A stretch of DNA of 64,000 nt from a virus (taxonomy: Duplodnaviria > Caudoviricetes): positions 1-64,000 of IMG/VR virus record IMGVR_UViG_3300025389_001172; one strand, 5' to 3'. Below, piece by piece: positions 28,274 to 37,527 of this stretch. Position numbers and translations under genes: made by a program. Below the pieces are notes generated by a model that did no database searches, was not told where the DNA came from, and saw only the letters and a list, made by a program, of their open reading frames with translations. How positions within the stretch are numbered: the stretch's first letter is position 1; the number at the start of each line of letters is the position of its first letter.

Positions 28274-28537
28274 TTATCCTACTATGCTTGCTATGTTAAT
28301 CAATCCGTTTATGGCCACATTCATATATTCCATGGCCTGTTGATTATCTACGCTTTTATTTATGATATTAGTTTGTTGCAGATCCGTTAATAGCTGTACA
28401 TATTCTTCTCGACTTAACTGTCCAGATTTAACCATTTCTGTATATTGATTTGCTGTCTGTGCGGCAGCCTGTACATTGGAATCTGGTGATCCATTGAAAC
28501 ATTCTAGTAACTGTTGTTGTAATTGTTCTACACTCAT
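28274..28537 (-). CDS. Hypothetical protein in lysis cassette
   Basis: 87-aa ORF coupled to upstream lipoprotein. Confidence 0.55.
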   Translation of the reverse strand: MSVEQLQQQLLECFNGSPDSNVQAAAQTANQYTEMVKSGQLSREEYVQLLTDLQQTNIINKSVDNQQAMEYMNVAINGLINIASIVG

Positions 28538-28935
28538 CTTGGTCTTCCTCCTATGACTTTTTGTAGTTTATCTGCTGATGTTTCTATGCTGTCAAACTTA
28601 ATCTTGCAGAATGCAGGACTAACTTTGTCGTTTTTATACTGACCTGCTAATCCTTGCGCAATAACATCTAGTGCCTTGCTGGCCGCTATGAGATTTTCGT
28701 TTCGAGGAATATGCTCGCTGTACAGGACAAATAACTGTGTATCGTAGGCTATCTTACCTGCGTTAAATTTGCTGATTACTGCATCATCGCACTGTGCCTT
28801 GAATTGGCGTGCTTCAGATCGGATGTCGGTTATTAGTTGGTATTCATTGGGATCATACTTGGTCATGAGATAAGCATCTATCAATGTACAACCTTGTAAC
28901 GCGATCAATGATATGGCTATTAATAGTTTTTTCAT
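28534..28935 (-). CDS. Lipoprotein
   Basis: Lipobox LQGC after hydrophobic signal. Confidence 0.7.
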   Translation of the reverse strand: MKKLLIAISLIALQGCTLIDAYLMTKYDPNEYQLITDIRSEARQFKAQCDDAVISKFNAGKIAYDTQLFVLYSEHIPRNENLIAASKALDVIAQGLAGQYKNDKVSPAFCKIKFDSIETSADKLQKVIGGRPR

Positions 28936-29213
28936 TTAGTCACCTTGTCAAATATTGTCTTTTGTGTATTATACCACTCTATCCAGTCATCTACGGTTGA
29001 TTTACATTGATAATAGGTCATGTAGTTATCTGTTACCACTGTCAATACATCGCTGAGTTTAGTTGTCGTAGGATTGACCTGCTCGAGGTCAGGACAGGAT
29101 TTCATTAGGTCTTGGGGAACTGCGGGAAATTTCATTGCCACAGGAACAGCAGTTTTACTGGCGCATCCGGTTAGAGCCAACAGTAAAATCAAAGACGCCA
29201 ATAGATATTTCAT
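28932..29213 (-). CDS. o-spanin (Rz1-like lipoprotein)
   Basis: Lipobox LTGC, Pro-rich P.VPQDLM..CP, NY..Y..C. Confidence 0.75.
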   Translation of the reverse strand: MKYLLASLILLLALTGCASKTAVPVAMKFPAVPQDLMKSCPDLEQVNPTTTKLSDVLTVVTDNYMTYYQCKSTVDDWIEWYNTQKTIFDKVTK

Positions 29214-29695
29214 TTAGCATCTCCCTTGCGATAAGGGTTCTTTGCGGCATCGTTGTGTATTTTAGGAACCACTGGATCTAATTTACATTCTTTATCTATC
29301 TGCACGATTTCTTTTTTAATACGTTCTTTGTAGAGTATTTTTCTTTCGGTCAACAGAGCTTCTTTTTTATTGTGTTCGATTTCCAATTTAGCGTTAGCAT
29401 CTGTGCTGGCCTGTTCAGCTTCTGCTACCTTAGCCTCGGCTTCTTTTATTTTTGCCTGCCACTCTATTTCATTGCCATAACTACTTAACAGATAGATACT
29501 GGTGGCCATTAGTACAACACCTAATAATTCGCTTAATCTTGGATACTGTCCCAGGAATGGGATCAGTTTGAATGGAAAATGCTTGAATAGTTTACTGCCG
29601 AGGTATAATACCGCGCCTGAGATTAAGAAAGTATAATAGATCTTAATTAATACTGTATCTGGTATTAAGCCGATAACCCAGTGTATCTGCCACAT
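29210..29695 (-). CDS. i-spanin (Rz-like)
   Basis: N-terminal TM segments, coiled coil, C-terminal Cys; precedes o-spanin. Confidence 0.7.
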   Translation of the reverse strand: MWQIHWVIGLIPDTVLIKIYYTFLISGAVLYLGSKLFKHFPFKLIPFLGQYPRLSELLGVVLMATSIYLLSSYGNEIEWQAKIKEAEAKVAEAEQASTDANAKLEIEHNKKEALLTERKILYKERIKKEIVQIDKECKLDPVVPKIHNDAAKNPYRKGDAK

Positions 29696-29696
29696 G

Positions 29697-30446
29697 CTAC
29701 CACCTACCTTTTTCTATAACTACTGCTCTAGCTCCGTTTCTGATTAAGAACTTGTCTCCGATTTTATTTATATCGTAGTTTCCAAGGTATTTGTTAAGGA
29801 ATGTAATCTCACTGTGACTGCCTTCGTCTAGGGCTAGTGCTCCTGGAACAGTGTCTTTGACTGCTTCATAATCGCCTATGCTGATGAATTTGGCAGTGAC
29901 ATCTCCTGCGTATGGTTTGCTGAATGTCAGTGTGTTATCTTCTGCGAGGTCGATGTCTACTACACCTTGATCGAAGAATTCCTGTATGTCAGTTTCTTTG
30001 AATTCCATCACGCGAGATTCGTACTCTTCTGGAGTCATCGGTACTGCTTCGTTGATGGCTTCTACAGTAAATGGTACAATGTTTGAAGTTTTTTGGTAAC
30101 GGAACTTCCAGTCATACATGTCGCATAATTGGCTGATACCTTCGAACATGTGTTTAAGCTGTCCAGCTAGTTTGGGTGTGCGCTCTAGTTCTACGAATAC
30201 AGAATACTTGCCATTGCGTTCTTCGCCGGCACTCATATCAGCATCTAATACAAATGGATAACCCTTCTCGATAAACTCTACTAGGTCCATGGCTGGATGT
30301 TTTTCACGCACGGTGAATCCAATGACTACTATGTCTTGGTCTTCTCCCATCTTGCTACGATATTGGTCTACAGTAAATGTCTCACTGACAAACTCTTTTA
30401 GATCACCTGAACGCAGTCCTTCGTTAAGTTGCTGGTGTTTGTTCAT
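29697..30446 (-). CDS. Conserved phage hypothetical protein
   Basis: Start taken at MNKHQQLNE with GGAGG RBS. Confidence 0.6.
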   Translation of the reverse strand: MNKHQQLNEGLRSGDLKEFVSETFTVDQYRSKMGEDQDIVVIGFTVREKHPAMDLVEFIEKGYPFVLDADMSAGEERNGKYSVFVELERTPKLAGQLKHMFEGISQLCDMYDWKFRYQKTSNIVPFTVEAINEAVPMTPEEYESRVMEFKETDIQEFFDQGVVDIDLAEDNTLTFSKPYAGDVTAKFISIGDYEAVKDTVPGALALDEGSHSEITFLNKYLGNYDINKIGDKFLIRNGARAVVIEKGRW

Positions 30447-30951
30447 TTGGAACCTCCTGCGCCGCTTCACTGGCTTCCATAGCGCCTTGATTATCATAAC
30501 GCATATATTCTGCCATACGATTGTTTTCTTTGTTGTCTTTGCCTACTCCGACGTCCTGCATGAGTTTCTTAGGCATATCTATAGTGACCATCCAAACTGG
30601 ATGTGCATCTATCTTACCTTTCTTTGTACCTGGGCGATAGTCTCCAGGTGACTTGATCTTGCGAGGAATCAATACGTGTTCTTTTTTATAAAATACTCTG
30701 CATCCATAGTCGTCTAATCTTTTAGCACCTTCTGGATCGGGCATTTCTTTCTTATCCCACATGAAAGTACAGCGTACCGAATATCGATTGATATGTGGTC
30801 CTGATACTAATTCGCCTTCTAGCCAATTCTTGAACACATAGATATCTAACTCATCTAGTACTCTTTCGAAGTCTTTGAGAACGCCAAAAGCTGAATTGTT
30901 TTCGCTTATGGTCTGTAGATTTTTGATTACGTCTAATATGTCGTGTGCCAT
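30424..30951 (-). CDS. Conserved phage hypothetical protein
   Basis: 175 aa; TATAAATA late promoter just upstream. Confidence 0.6.
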   Translation of the reverse strand: MAHDILDVIKNLQTISENNSAFGVLKDFERVLDELDIYVFKNWLEGELVSGPHINRYSVRCTFMWDKKEMPDPEGAKRLDDYGCRVFYKKEHVLIPRKIKSPGDYRPGTKKGKIDAHPVWMVTIDMPKKLMQDVGVGKDNKENNRMAEYMRYDNQGAMEASEAAQEVPNEQTPAT

Positions 30952-31100
30952 CGTGGATCCTCTATCACTTATTTATACTGTATTATCAGTATGATGGGAT
31001 TAAAAACTACCTACATTACGTTTTTGGGCTGTTTCAGCACCCTTTTTTCTTTTGGTCTTAAATATCTATGCAGGTCGTTCTTCATCATCAGGAGGTTAAA

Positions 31101-31853
31101 TTGCCGAAAGCTAGAAGACGCGATTATGCGCAGGACAGAGATCCACGTTTTGCCCATGATCAACAACGCAGTAATTTAATAGAAATCAAGCCGTATCTCA
31201 AGAAAAAACAGCAGGTAAGTATCATTCCACGCAACATAGCGCAGGAACGATACGTAGAACTGTTGAAAAATCCCAGAAAGTACATAGTTTTCGCCATCGG
31301 GCCTGCGGGCACGGGCAAGACCATGTTGGGAGTACAGATGGCCATCAAACAACTAAAAGAGGGGGTGATTGCTAAGATCATAATAACTCGGCCCGCTGTA
31401 TCAGTAGACGAAGAGCATGGGTTCCTTCCAGGTACTCTAAATCAAAAAATGGAACCATGGACGAGACCTATCATGGATGTTTTTGAAGAGTATTACCATC
31501 CGCGGGAACTTGCGGAGATGTTAGATGACGGTGTTATTGAGATAAGTCCATTAGCGATGATGCGTGGACGAACTTTCAAGAATGCTTTTATCATAGCAGA
31601 CGAGTGTCAAAATACAACCGCTAGTCAAATGAAGATGCTATTGACTCGTATCGGAGAAAATAGCCGTATGGTTGTAACAGGAGATTTGAATCAGGCTGAC
31701 CGGCCCCGTGAAAATGGGTTACTGGAATTCTGCGAATTATACGGAGAAGGAGGTGATTATCGTATGCTCGCCATGGCAAGGTTTGAATCCAGTGATGTAG
31801 AAAGACATCCGGTAGTCAAAGAAATACTATCACTATACAAGGAGACGGAATAG
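31101..31853 (+). CDS. phoH: PhoH-family ATPase
   Basis: GPAGTGKT, RPAV, GFLPG, RGRTF, DECQN, GDLNQAD; TTG start after GGAGG. Confidence 0.95.
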   Translation: MPKARRRDYAQDRDPRFAHDQQRSNLIEIKPYLKKKQQVSIIPRNIAQERYVELLKNPRKYIVFAIGPAGTGKTMLGVQMAIKQLKEGVIAKIIITRPAVSVDEEHGFLPGTLNQKMEPWTRPIMDVFEEYYHPRELAEMLDDGVIEISPLAMMRGRTFKNAFIIADECQNTTASQMKMLLTRIGENSRMVVTGDLNQADRPRENGLLEFCELYGEGGDYRMLAMARFESSDVERHPVVKEILSLYKETE

Positions 31854-31884
31854 AATAAACCCCTAGACCATATACGACGGACCG

Positions 31885-31926
31885 ATCGCACAGTACATGA
31901 CCTGCAAATCAACTGTGCGATTTTTC
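31885..31926 (+). terminator. Intrinsic terminator after phoH
   Basis: ATCGCACAGT/ACTGTGCGAT stem followed by T-run between convergent genes. Confidence 0.6.
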
Positions 31927-32846
31927 TATTGTAAGCGGGCTAATTTTATCATCACAGCCGCCAGATTAAGCTCGCTGTCAGCACACATGGTATGATCCAC
32001 TAGTCCCTGTTTAATAACTAACACAGCTGAATCTTTCTGTTCTTCGCTATCGCCAAACAGATCTATATTGGTATACATCCAAGTATAGAGTTCTTCGATT
32101 TCCTCTGGACGGATACGACCACAGATCAGTCGACGAGCCGCTTGTATGTTACCCTGCTTGAATAATTCTATCATTTCAATCTTGTAATCCCCACCACCTG
32201 TTTCGTCCACAGTAGGACTGACCAATCGACCGTCTGTGGTATTCTGTTGTACCTGATTGATACACTTTCTCAAATCGGGATATGTTAATTTCACATAGGT
32301 GTCTAAGGTATCTAGATCAAACTCTACATTCTCTGTGACTAGGATAGTGGCCACACGAGCAGTAAACTCTGTCTGATCAGTTTTCTCGACATGGAATCCT
32401 TGGCAACGACTGTGCAGTGCTGGAATGATACGATTGGGATAGTTGCAGGTCAGGATGAATCTGCTGGTTGAGCTATAGGTCTCCATGACTCCACGCAAGA
32501 TAGCCTGGGCACCGGGAGTCAGGTAATCAGCCTCATCTAACAAGACGATCTTGTAGGGACTGAAAGGAATCATCTGCACGAAGTTGACGATCTTGTCACG
32601 AACAGTTTCTACATTGTTTTCACGTGACGCATTGATCTCTAAGACATCATAATCTTCTATGCCCAGTTCATTGATCAGGACCTTGGCCAGTGTGGTCTTG
32701 CCGATACCTGCCGCACCACTGAACAACAGGTGTGGTATGGCCTTTTCTTTGACCCAAGATTCTACCTGTCGTTTCTGTCCTGCATCCTTGAACACATAGT
32801 CGGCGATGGTCTTTGGCCTATATAATTCTGTCCACAATTCTTTCAT
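31926..32846 (-). CDS. Clamp loader ATPase subunit (T4 gp44/RFC-small-like)
   Basis: WTELYRP, GAAGIGKTT, LDEADYL, SRC motif. Confidence 0.93.
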   Translation of the reverse strand: MKELWTELYRPKTIADYVFKDAGQKRQVESWVKEKAIPHLLFSGAAGIGKTTLAKVLINELGIEDYDVLEINASRENNVETVRDKIVNFVQMIPFSPYKIVLLDEADYLTPGAQAILRGVMETYSSTSRFILTCNYPNRIIPALHSRCQGFHVEKTDQTEFTARVATILVTENVEFDLDTLDTYVKLTYPDLRKCINQVQQNTTDGRLVSPTVDETGGGDYKIEMIELFKQGNIQAARRLICGRIRPEEIEELYTWMYTNIDLFGDSEEQKDSAVLVIKQGLVDHTMCADSELNLAAVMIKLARLQ

Positions 32847-33493
32847 ACTAGATCCTTAAACATTGTTTTACGTCCTTCTTCTCCTAAATGGAGATCGAAT
32901 ACTTCTCTCACACGCTGTAGCATGGCACAGGCCATCATCAGTTGATCCTCTCGGCCATCACACATCATCAACTGCTGTTCTACAGGCATCATCAATTCAC
33001 TCATACGGCTTTCTATCGGGCTCATCAAAACCCTCTAAACCAGTTTATTAAATTATATATTCTAGCCTTGTAGTTGTCATTTAATATTTCTTTTAACATG
33101 CTCGGTCGGTGTGGGCAACGACCCTGATACCAGGTACAGGTTTGTATAAGTTCTTCGGTCAAGGGCAATCCGCAATTTTTACATTTATCAGCCACGTAAC
33201 GTCTCCATAGTAATAATCTTGCCTATTTCTTCACCGAGATCCTTGTCGTCGGTTATGATGTGTAATCGATAGTTGTTGTCATCGCTCTTGCGATCGTAGC
33301 AACGAGTTTCTACGATGGTTCCGCCTGCGGCTCTATATATGCTTAAATTCATAGGTGATGTGTTCAAACCGCTGGTGTCAATATGTAGAGCTTCGTGGTC
33401 AGCTACACTGCCGTCATCCATCAACCAATCTCTAAATCTTTCTTTGAGACTGGGTCGTTTCAATCTAATAGTACTGGTTCCTCGTCTGCCCAT
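32843..33493 (-). CDS. Small hypothetical proteins (32843-33028, 33188-33493)
   Basis: Packed ORFs in operon. Confidence 0.5.
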
Positions 33494-33975
33494 TATTTTT
33501 CGCCTTTCAATATCTTGTTCTGTTCTGCGATAACCACACGTTTTCTCAGACTGCTGGAGCTGAACGAATGATCTCTACCATTGAATACCAAATCGATATT
33601 ACGATTATAACACTCTTCCATACCGGTAAAATCTTTATCTCGATACTCTACACCTAATATTCTAACATCAATAGGCAGGATAAGCAAGAGATCTATGACA
33701 TCTTGTTCAGTTTGATAAACCACCACTTCATCCACATAACGGCAGGCGGCTAACTGTATCTGTCGTTCCACGATGCTCTGTACGGGTTTATTTTTGGTAT
33801 CTGGACGATCTATGGTTGGATCTGTTTGCAAGGCGGCGATCAGATAATCACAGTGGTTTTTAGCTTCGGCTAACATGGCGATATGACCAGCATGTGGACC
33901 AAGATCAAAGGTACTGAAAGTAATTCCGATCCTTTTGCCGTCTTGTTTGAGTTTTTTCACGTGATTGAATATCAT
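33493..33975 (-). CDS. Cytidylyltransferase (TagD-like, HxGH family)
   Basis: TFDLGPHAGH, ACRYVDEV, SSSSLR. Confidence 0.85.
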   Translation of the reverse strand: MIFNHVKKLKQDGKRIGITFSTFDLGPHAGHIAMLAEAKNHCDYLIAALQTDPTIDRPDTKNKPVQSIVERQIQLAACRYVDEVVVYQTEQDVIDLLLILPIDVRILGVEYRDKDFTGMEECYNRNIDLVFNGRDHSFSSSSLRKRVVIAEQNKILKGEK

Positions 33976-34256
33976 GGATTATAGTCTTCTCTCAATATGT
34001 CTAGTATCTTTTTCTGTTCTTGTTCTTTTAACCAATCCGACTCCGGTCCGAAGGTGGGACACCGTTGGATAGCATCTTCTACTATCCATTTAATCTTGTA
34101 TAGGTCCTGTTTAGCCATCCACTGTGTAAACCCATCATTTTGAGGGGCAGTAGACTCCATCCTGGCTATATTGATCTGTCGGGCTACGTTGGCAACGTCC
34201 CAGTTCTTTTTGAATCCCATACTACAACTATAGCATGGGCATCGCATATATGTCAA
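33972..34256 (-). CDS. Hypothetical protein
   Basis: 94-aa ORF. Confidence 0.5.
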   Translation of the reverse strand: MTYMRCPCYSCSMGFKKNWDVANVARQINIARMESTAPQNDGFTQWMAKQDLYKIKWIVEDAIQRCPTFGPESDWLKEQEQKKILDILREDYNP

Positions 34257-34598
34257 CTAATTTGATGCTCGATATATGTCTTCAGTCGGTCGATCATCGG
34301 TGCTCATCATGATGGCATCTCCGTCTACCATACGAACTTCTAATACCGATCCATCGTCTTGCTCTACTTCTATAGTACGAGTCCAACGACCATGTTCGAC
34401 TAGGATCCACTCTCCGATAGTCACATCTTCTTGTTCAGGACCAACAGCCCATACCCTACCCCAGCGTGGGGAGATACCTTCTGCCTTGCCATTGGCACTG
34501 GGTATATATAATCCGCCGGCTGTTTTTTGGGCACCAAACTCCATGTCTGACACAAACACCTTATCTTTTAATGGTAAAATCGTTCCTGTGATTTTCAT
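34257..34598 (-). CDS. groES: Co-chaperonin GroES
   Basis: PLKDKV, KTAGGLYIP, GRVWAVGP. Confidence 0.85.
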   Translation of the reverse strand: MKITGTILPLKDKVFVSDMEFGAQKTAGGLYIPSANGKAEGISPRWGRVWAVGPEQEDVTIGEWILVEHGRWTRTIEVEQDDGSVLEVRMVDGDAIMMSTDDRPTEDIYRASN

Positions 34599-34895
34599 TT
34601 ATTCTCCTGCTTTGGATTTTTTAACAGGCACAAATTCTTCACCTTCTTCTAGAGCAGGCTCTGGTGCAGGCTGTACAGCTACAGGTTTAGCCTGGCGAGC
34701 CGCTGGCTGTGCCGCTGGATTATCTTCGTAGTAGGCCGCTACTATGTCTTCACGTTTACGTATGATCTTTCCCCCAGGTCCTAACTCATCTCCCCTCGCA
34801 TTTACCCGCATATTTCCAATAGCTGGCATTAGTTCGTTCTGACTGATCAATTTGTCCATGTCGATAGTCTTACCTTGCATTGTTCTTCTTGACAT
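34599..34895 (-). CDS. Hypothetical protein
   Basis: GNMRVNARGDELGPGG; AAGGAG RBS. Confidence 0.6.
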   Translation of the reverse strand: MSRRTMQGKTIDMDKLISQNELMPAIGNMRVNARGDELGPGGKIIRKREDIVAAYYEDNPAAQPAARQAKPVAVQPAPEPALEEGEEFVPVKKSKAGE

Positions 34896-34905
34896 TGTGT
34901 TCTCC

Positions 34906-35424
34906 TTATTTTAAGAATTCTCTTATATCTAATTCATACTTGATAGAATCAACCTTATGGACTCCTATCAAATATAATACATAACTGGCCACACTGCTTC
35001 CCCTACCTACACCCCATACGATATCGTTTTTACGCATGGTATCTACTAAGTATTTAATGTACTTGAGTAGGTCAATCATGTTATGTTGGGCAAAGAGTTT
35101 TAATTCCTCAGTGACGCGATCTTTTTGTTCCGGAGTCCGACATTCGTAGTATAACCAATCTACGATATCATGCAGTCTATATTCTTCGGGCATGTACCAT
35201 TGACTCTGATTCTGTTGATCAAATTCCTCAACAGTCATATCTGGTATTACCAATTCTTCTAGTGCTGGAAATCTATCACCTAACAGTGCTCGGGCCTGAT
35301 TGAATACGGAACGATCGGGTTCGGAGATGTATACACCTGTTAGAGATTTGATTTTACCAGAGTATAGGCTATCTACAGCTTCATCAGCAGTTATCTCAAC
35401 CTGTCCATATTCATTGATCTTCAT
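34906..35424 (-). CDS. Stand-alone fragment homologous to DNA polymerase III alpha (DnaE)
   Basis: RV.EEL...GVGRGSSVASYVLYLIGVHKVDSIKYEL; ends before PDIDxD. Confidence 0.8.
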   Translation of the reverse strand: MKINEYGQVEITADEAVDSLYSGKIKSLTGVYISEPDRSVFNQARALLGDRFPALEELVIPDMTVEEFDQQNQSQWYMPEEYRLHDIVDWLYYECRTPEQKDRVTEELKLFAQHNMIDLLKYIKYLVDTMRKNDIVWGVGRGSSVASYVLYLIGVHKVDSIKYELDIREFLK

Positions 35425-35430
35425 CTAGTC

Positions 35431-35459
35431 ATTATAACACCATTGACGATCAGTGTCAA
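35431..35459 (-). promoter_or_regulatory. Consensus sigma70 promoter (probably leaderless transcript)
   Basis: TTGACA-17 bp-TATAAT; ATG 6 nt after the -10 box. Confidence 0.85.
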
Positions 35460-35725
35460 TCTACATTGATGAGACTGTCCAGATCACCGTTTTGTTTTTT
35501 CATGGTGTCAGCCATGGCCCTTGCCTGTCGGCGATGTTGTTCTGCCTTGTAGGCATCTAGGATCAGTGATATCTGTTGGCAGGCCATTCCCTGTCCCATA
35601 CGAGCGGCTATGCCATATTTCTTGCCCAGATCTAGTATCTTGGCATCGAGGTCTTGGTCTTTTAGCAAGCTGGGATCATCTAATAGTGGATGGAACATGT
35701 TTATACTTATCAGGCTGTTAGCCAC
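35456..35725 (-). CDS. Hypothetical protein
   Basis: ORF with MFHPLL probable start. Confidence 0.5.
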   Translation of the reverse strand: MANSLISINMFHPLLDDPSLLKDQDLDAKILDLGKKYGIAARMGQGMACQQISLILDAYKAEQHRRQARAMADTMKKQNGDLDSLINVD

Positions 35726-37512
35726 TTGTAGATAAAATATAGTGATCGATACTGTGGCAAGTTGCTATAGGCACTGGTTGTTCCTGTACTATCTACAGTG
35801 ATACGAGTCTCTAGTTCTATTCCTGTTCCTTGGCTAGGAGTATGTCCTTGTTTATCGCTGAAGGTATATTCTGGACTGGTCAGCCATTGTGCCGCGATGG
35901 CTGTGGCTTCTGAAGTAAATCCCCAATATATCTTTTCTTGTGGAGAAGGATCATAAGGTCCTTCTACATTATTGGTAGGATCTGGAAATGGACTTGTGGT
36001 ATTAGGCCCTACAGCAAGGTGGTGATGTCCTGGATCATGTACTGCAAATGTTGTAGCAGTCCCTAAGTGTGTATGAGATTGAAGTACACCCTGCGTGCTA
36101 CCACCTTGGGTGATCTGATGATTCCTATAGTCAGTTACAGTTGGAACACCATTTAATTCGCTATCGGCACCTACTACAAACTGATTACGTAGATCTGGTA
36201 CAGTGGTACCATTGGGAGCGATACTGCCATCACATAACCACCAACCATACGGAATCTTTGTTCTACTCTTTGACCACATGATGATACTTCCAGCGGGCAA
36301 CCATTGATGAGCTATTCCTACAGTAACTATATCGTTTGAGCTGGTATTGGTTATAGTAGTTGATACCTTAAATTCTACGGTATTGAGGTCAGTTCCATTT
36401 GGATCGGCATAGGTAACCTGTAGAGTATTTTGATCTGCATATACAGTGCCTTTGAGATTATATGCAGATCCTGTAGATACAGATCCATAATAATCGATTG
36501 ACGCAATGTCAGACATAGTCATCACTGTAGGTTGAGGAAATTGATTACCGATAAATGTTACAGTATCACCAACATTGGTATAACCGATATCAAAAGGACC
36601 AGTTAAATTTACTAATGTTCCCACGGTATTGGCCACTGTGTAATAAGATGTTGTCCCTGCAAATCTTACCCTGTCTCCAGGATATACTCCTGTCGTATCT
36701 GTGACTCCTATGCTATAAGCAGTACCTCCGGCGATTCCTACTAGGGTTCCAGTGACCACCGCCTGTGTTATCCTTGGAACTAATCCGATATTGCCAGTGG
36801 CTGTGCTGGTTTGGTTTATTCCGGAAACTACTACATTTTTTAGGTTATTGACAGTATAGGTTAATATCCCTAGAGTCAGCGTGTTGAATGAGGCTGTGTC
36901 TCCGAGTAATGTATCACTGCTCACAGTTGCGTTTAATTTGGGATAGATGATATCTTGGCTGATCTTTTTTACATAGATATAAGGAATATCTCCGGTATAA
37001 TCATTCCATAATTTGAAAAAATAGGGAGTCGAAGAACCTAGATTGAATGGTTGATCTTCTGGACCTAAGCTAATCACAGTAGCTTCATCGCTGATAAATG
37101 TTACAGTGGTATCTGCTGTAGTAGTGGATATACTAACCGTTAATACACCTGTACCTGTATTACTGGGCATATTTTGTATACTGAGTGAATGGTTTCCACT
37201 GTTTAACAGAGTTATCGGCCAATAGTTAGCCCGACTATAATCGATAATACTGGTGCCATATCCTGGTAAGGCCGCAGAAATATTACCATGTTCTAAATTT
37301 ACATTTATAAAATTGTAACCATTGATGTCATTGTCTATAAAATGTTTTACAGTCAGAGTAGACAATTCATCTATGCTGGTATTGATTGTTTTTAATGCAG
37401 ATTGTATATCACGGAAATTATTTCGAAATCCCTGGCTATCGTTGCGCTGTCCGGCAACAGGAAAATTTTCATTGATAGCAAGTATATAGATGCTGGCTGT
37501 TGATGTATTCAC
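35710..37512 (-). CDS. Tail/baseplate protein with tail-collar domain, paralog 2
   Basis: FPVAGQRNDSQGFRNNF; PAGSIIMW..IPYGWWLCDG..PDLRNQFVVGA; NLPQY. Confidence 0.8.
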   Translation of the reverse strand: MNTSTASIYILAINENFPVAGQRNDSQGFRNNFRDIQSALKTINTSIDELSTLTVKHFIDNDINGYNFINVNLEHGNISAALPGYGTSIIDYSRANYWPITLLNSGNHSLSIQNMPSNTGTGVLTVSISTTTADTTVTFISDEATVISLGPEDQPFNLGSSTPYFFKLWNDYTGDIPYIYVKKISQDIIYPKLNATVSSDTLLGDTASFNTLTLGILTYTVNNLKNVVVSGINQTSTATGNIGLVPRITQAVVTGTLVGIAGGTAYSIGVTDTTGVYPGDRVRFAGTTSYYTVANTVGTLVNLTGPFDIGYTNVGDTVTFIGNQFPQPTVMTMSDIASIDYYGSVSTGSAYNLKGTVYADQNTLQVTYADPNGTDLNTVEFKVSTTITNTSSNDIVTVGIAHQWLPAGSIIMWSKSRTKIPYGWWLCDGSIAPNGTTVPDLRNQFVVGADSELNGVPTVTDYRNHQITQGGSTQGVLQSHTHLGTATTFAVHDPGHHHLAVGPNTTSPFPDPTNNVEGPYDPSPQEKIYWGFTSEATAIAAQWLTSPEYTFSDKQGHTPSQGTGIELETRITVDSTGTTSAYSNLPQYRSLYFIYKWLTA

Positions 37513-37527
37513 AGTGGCTCCGGACGA

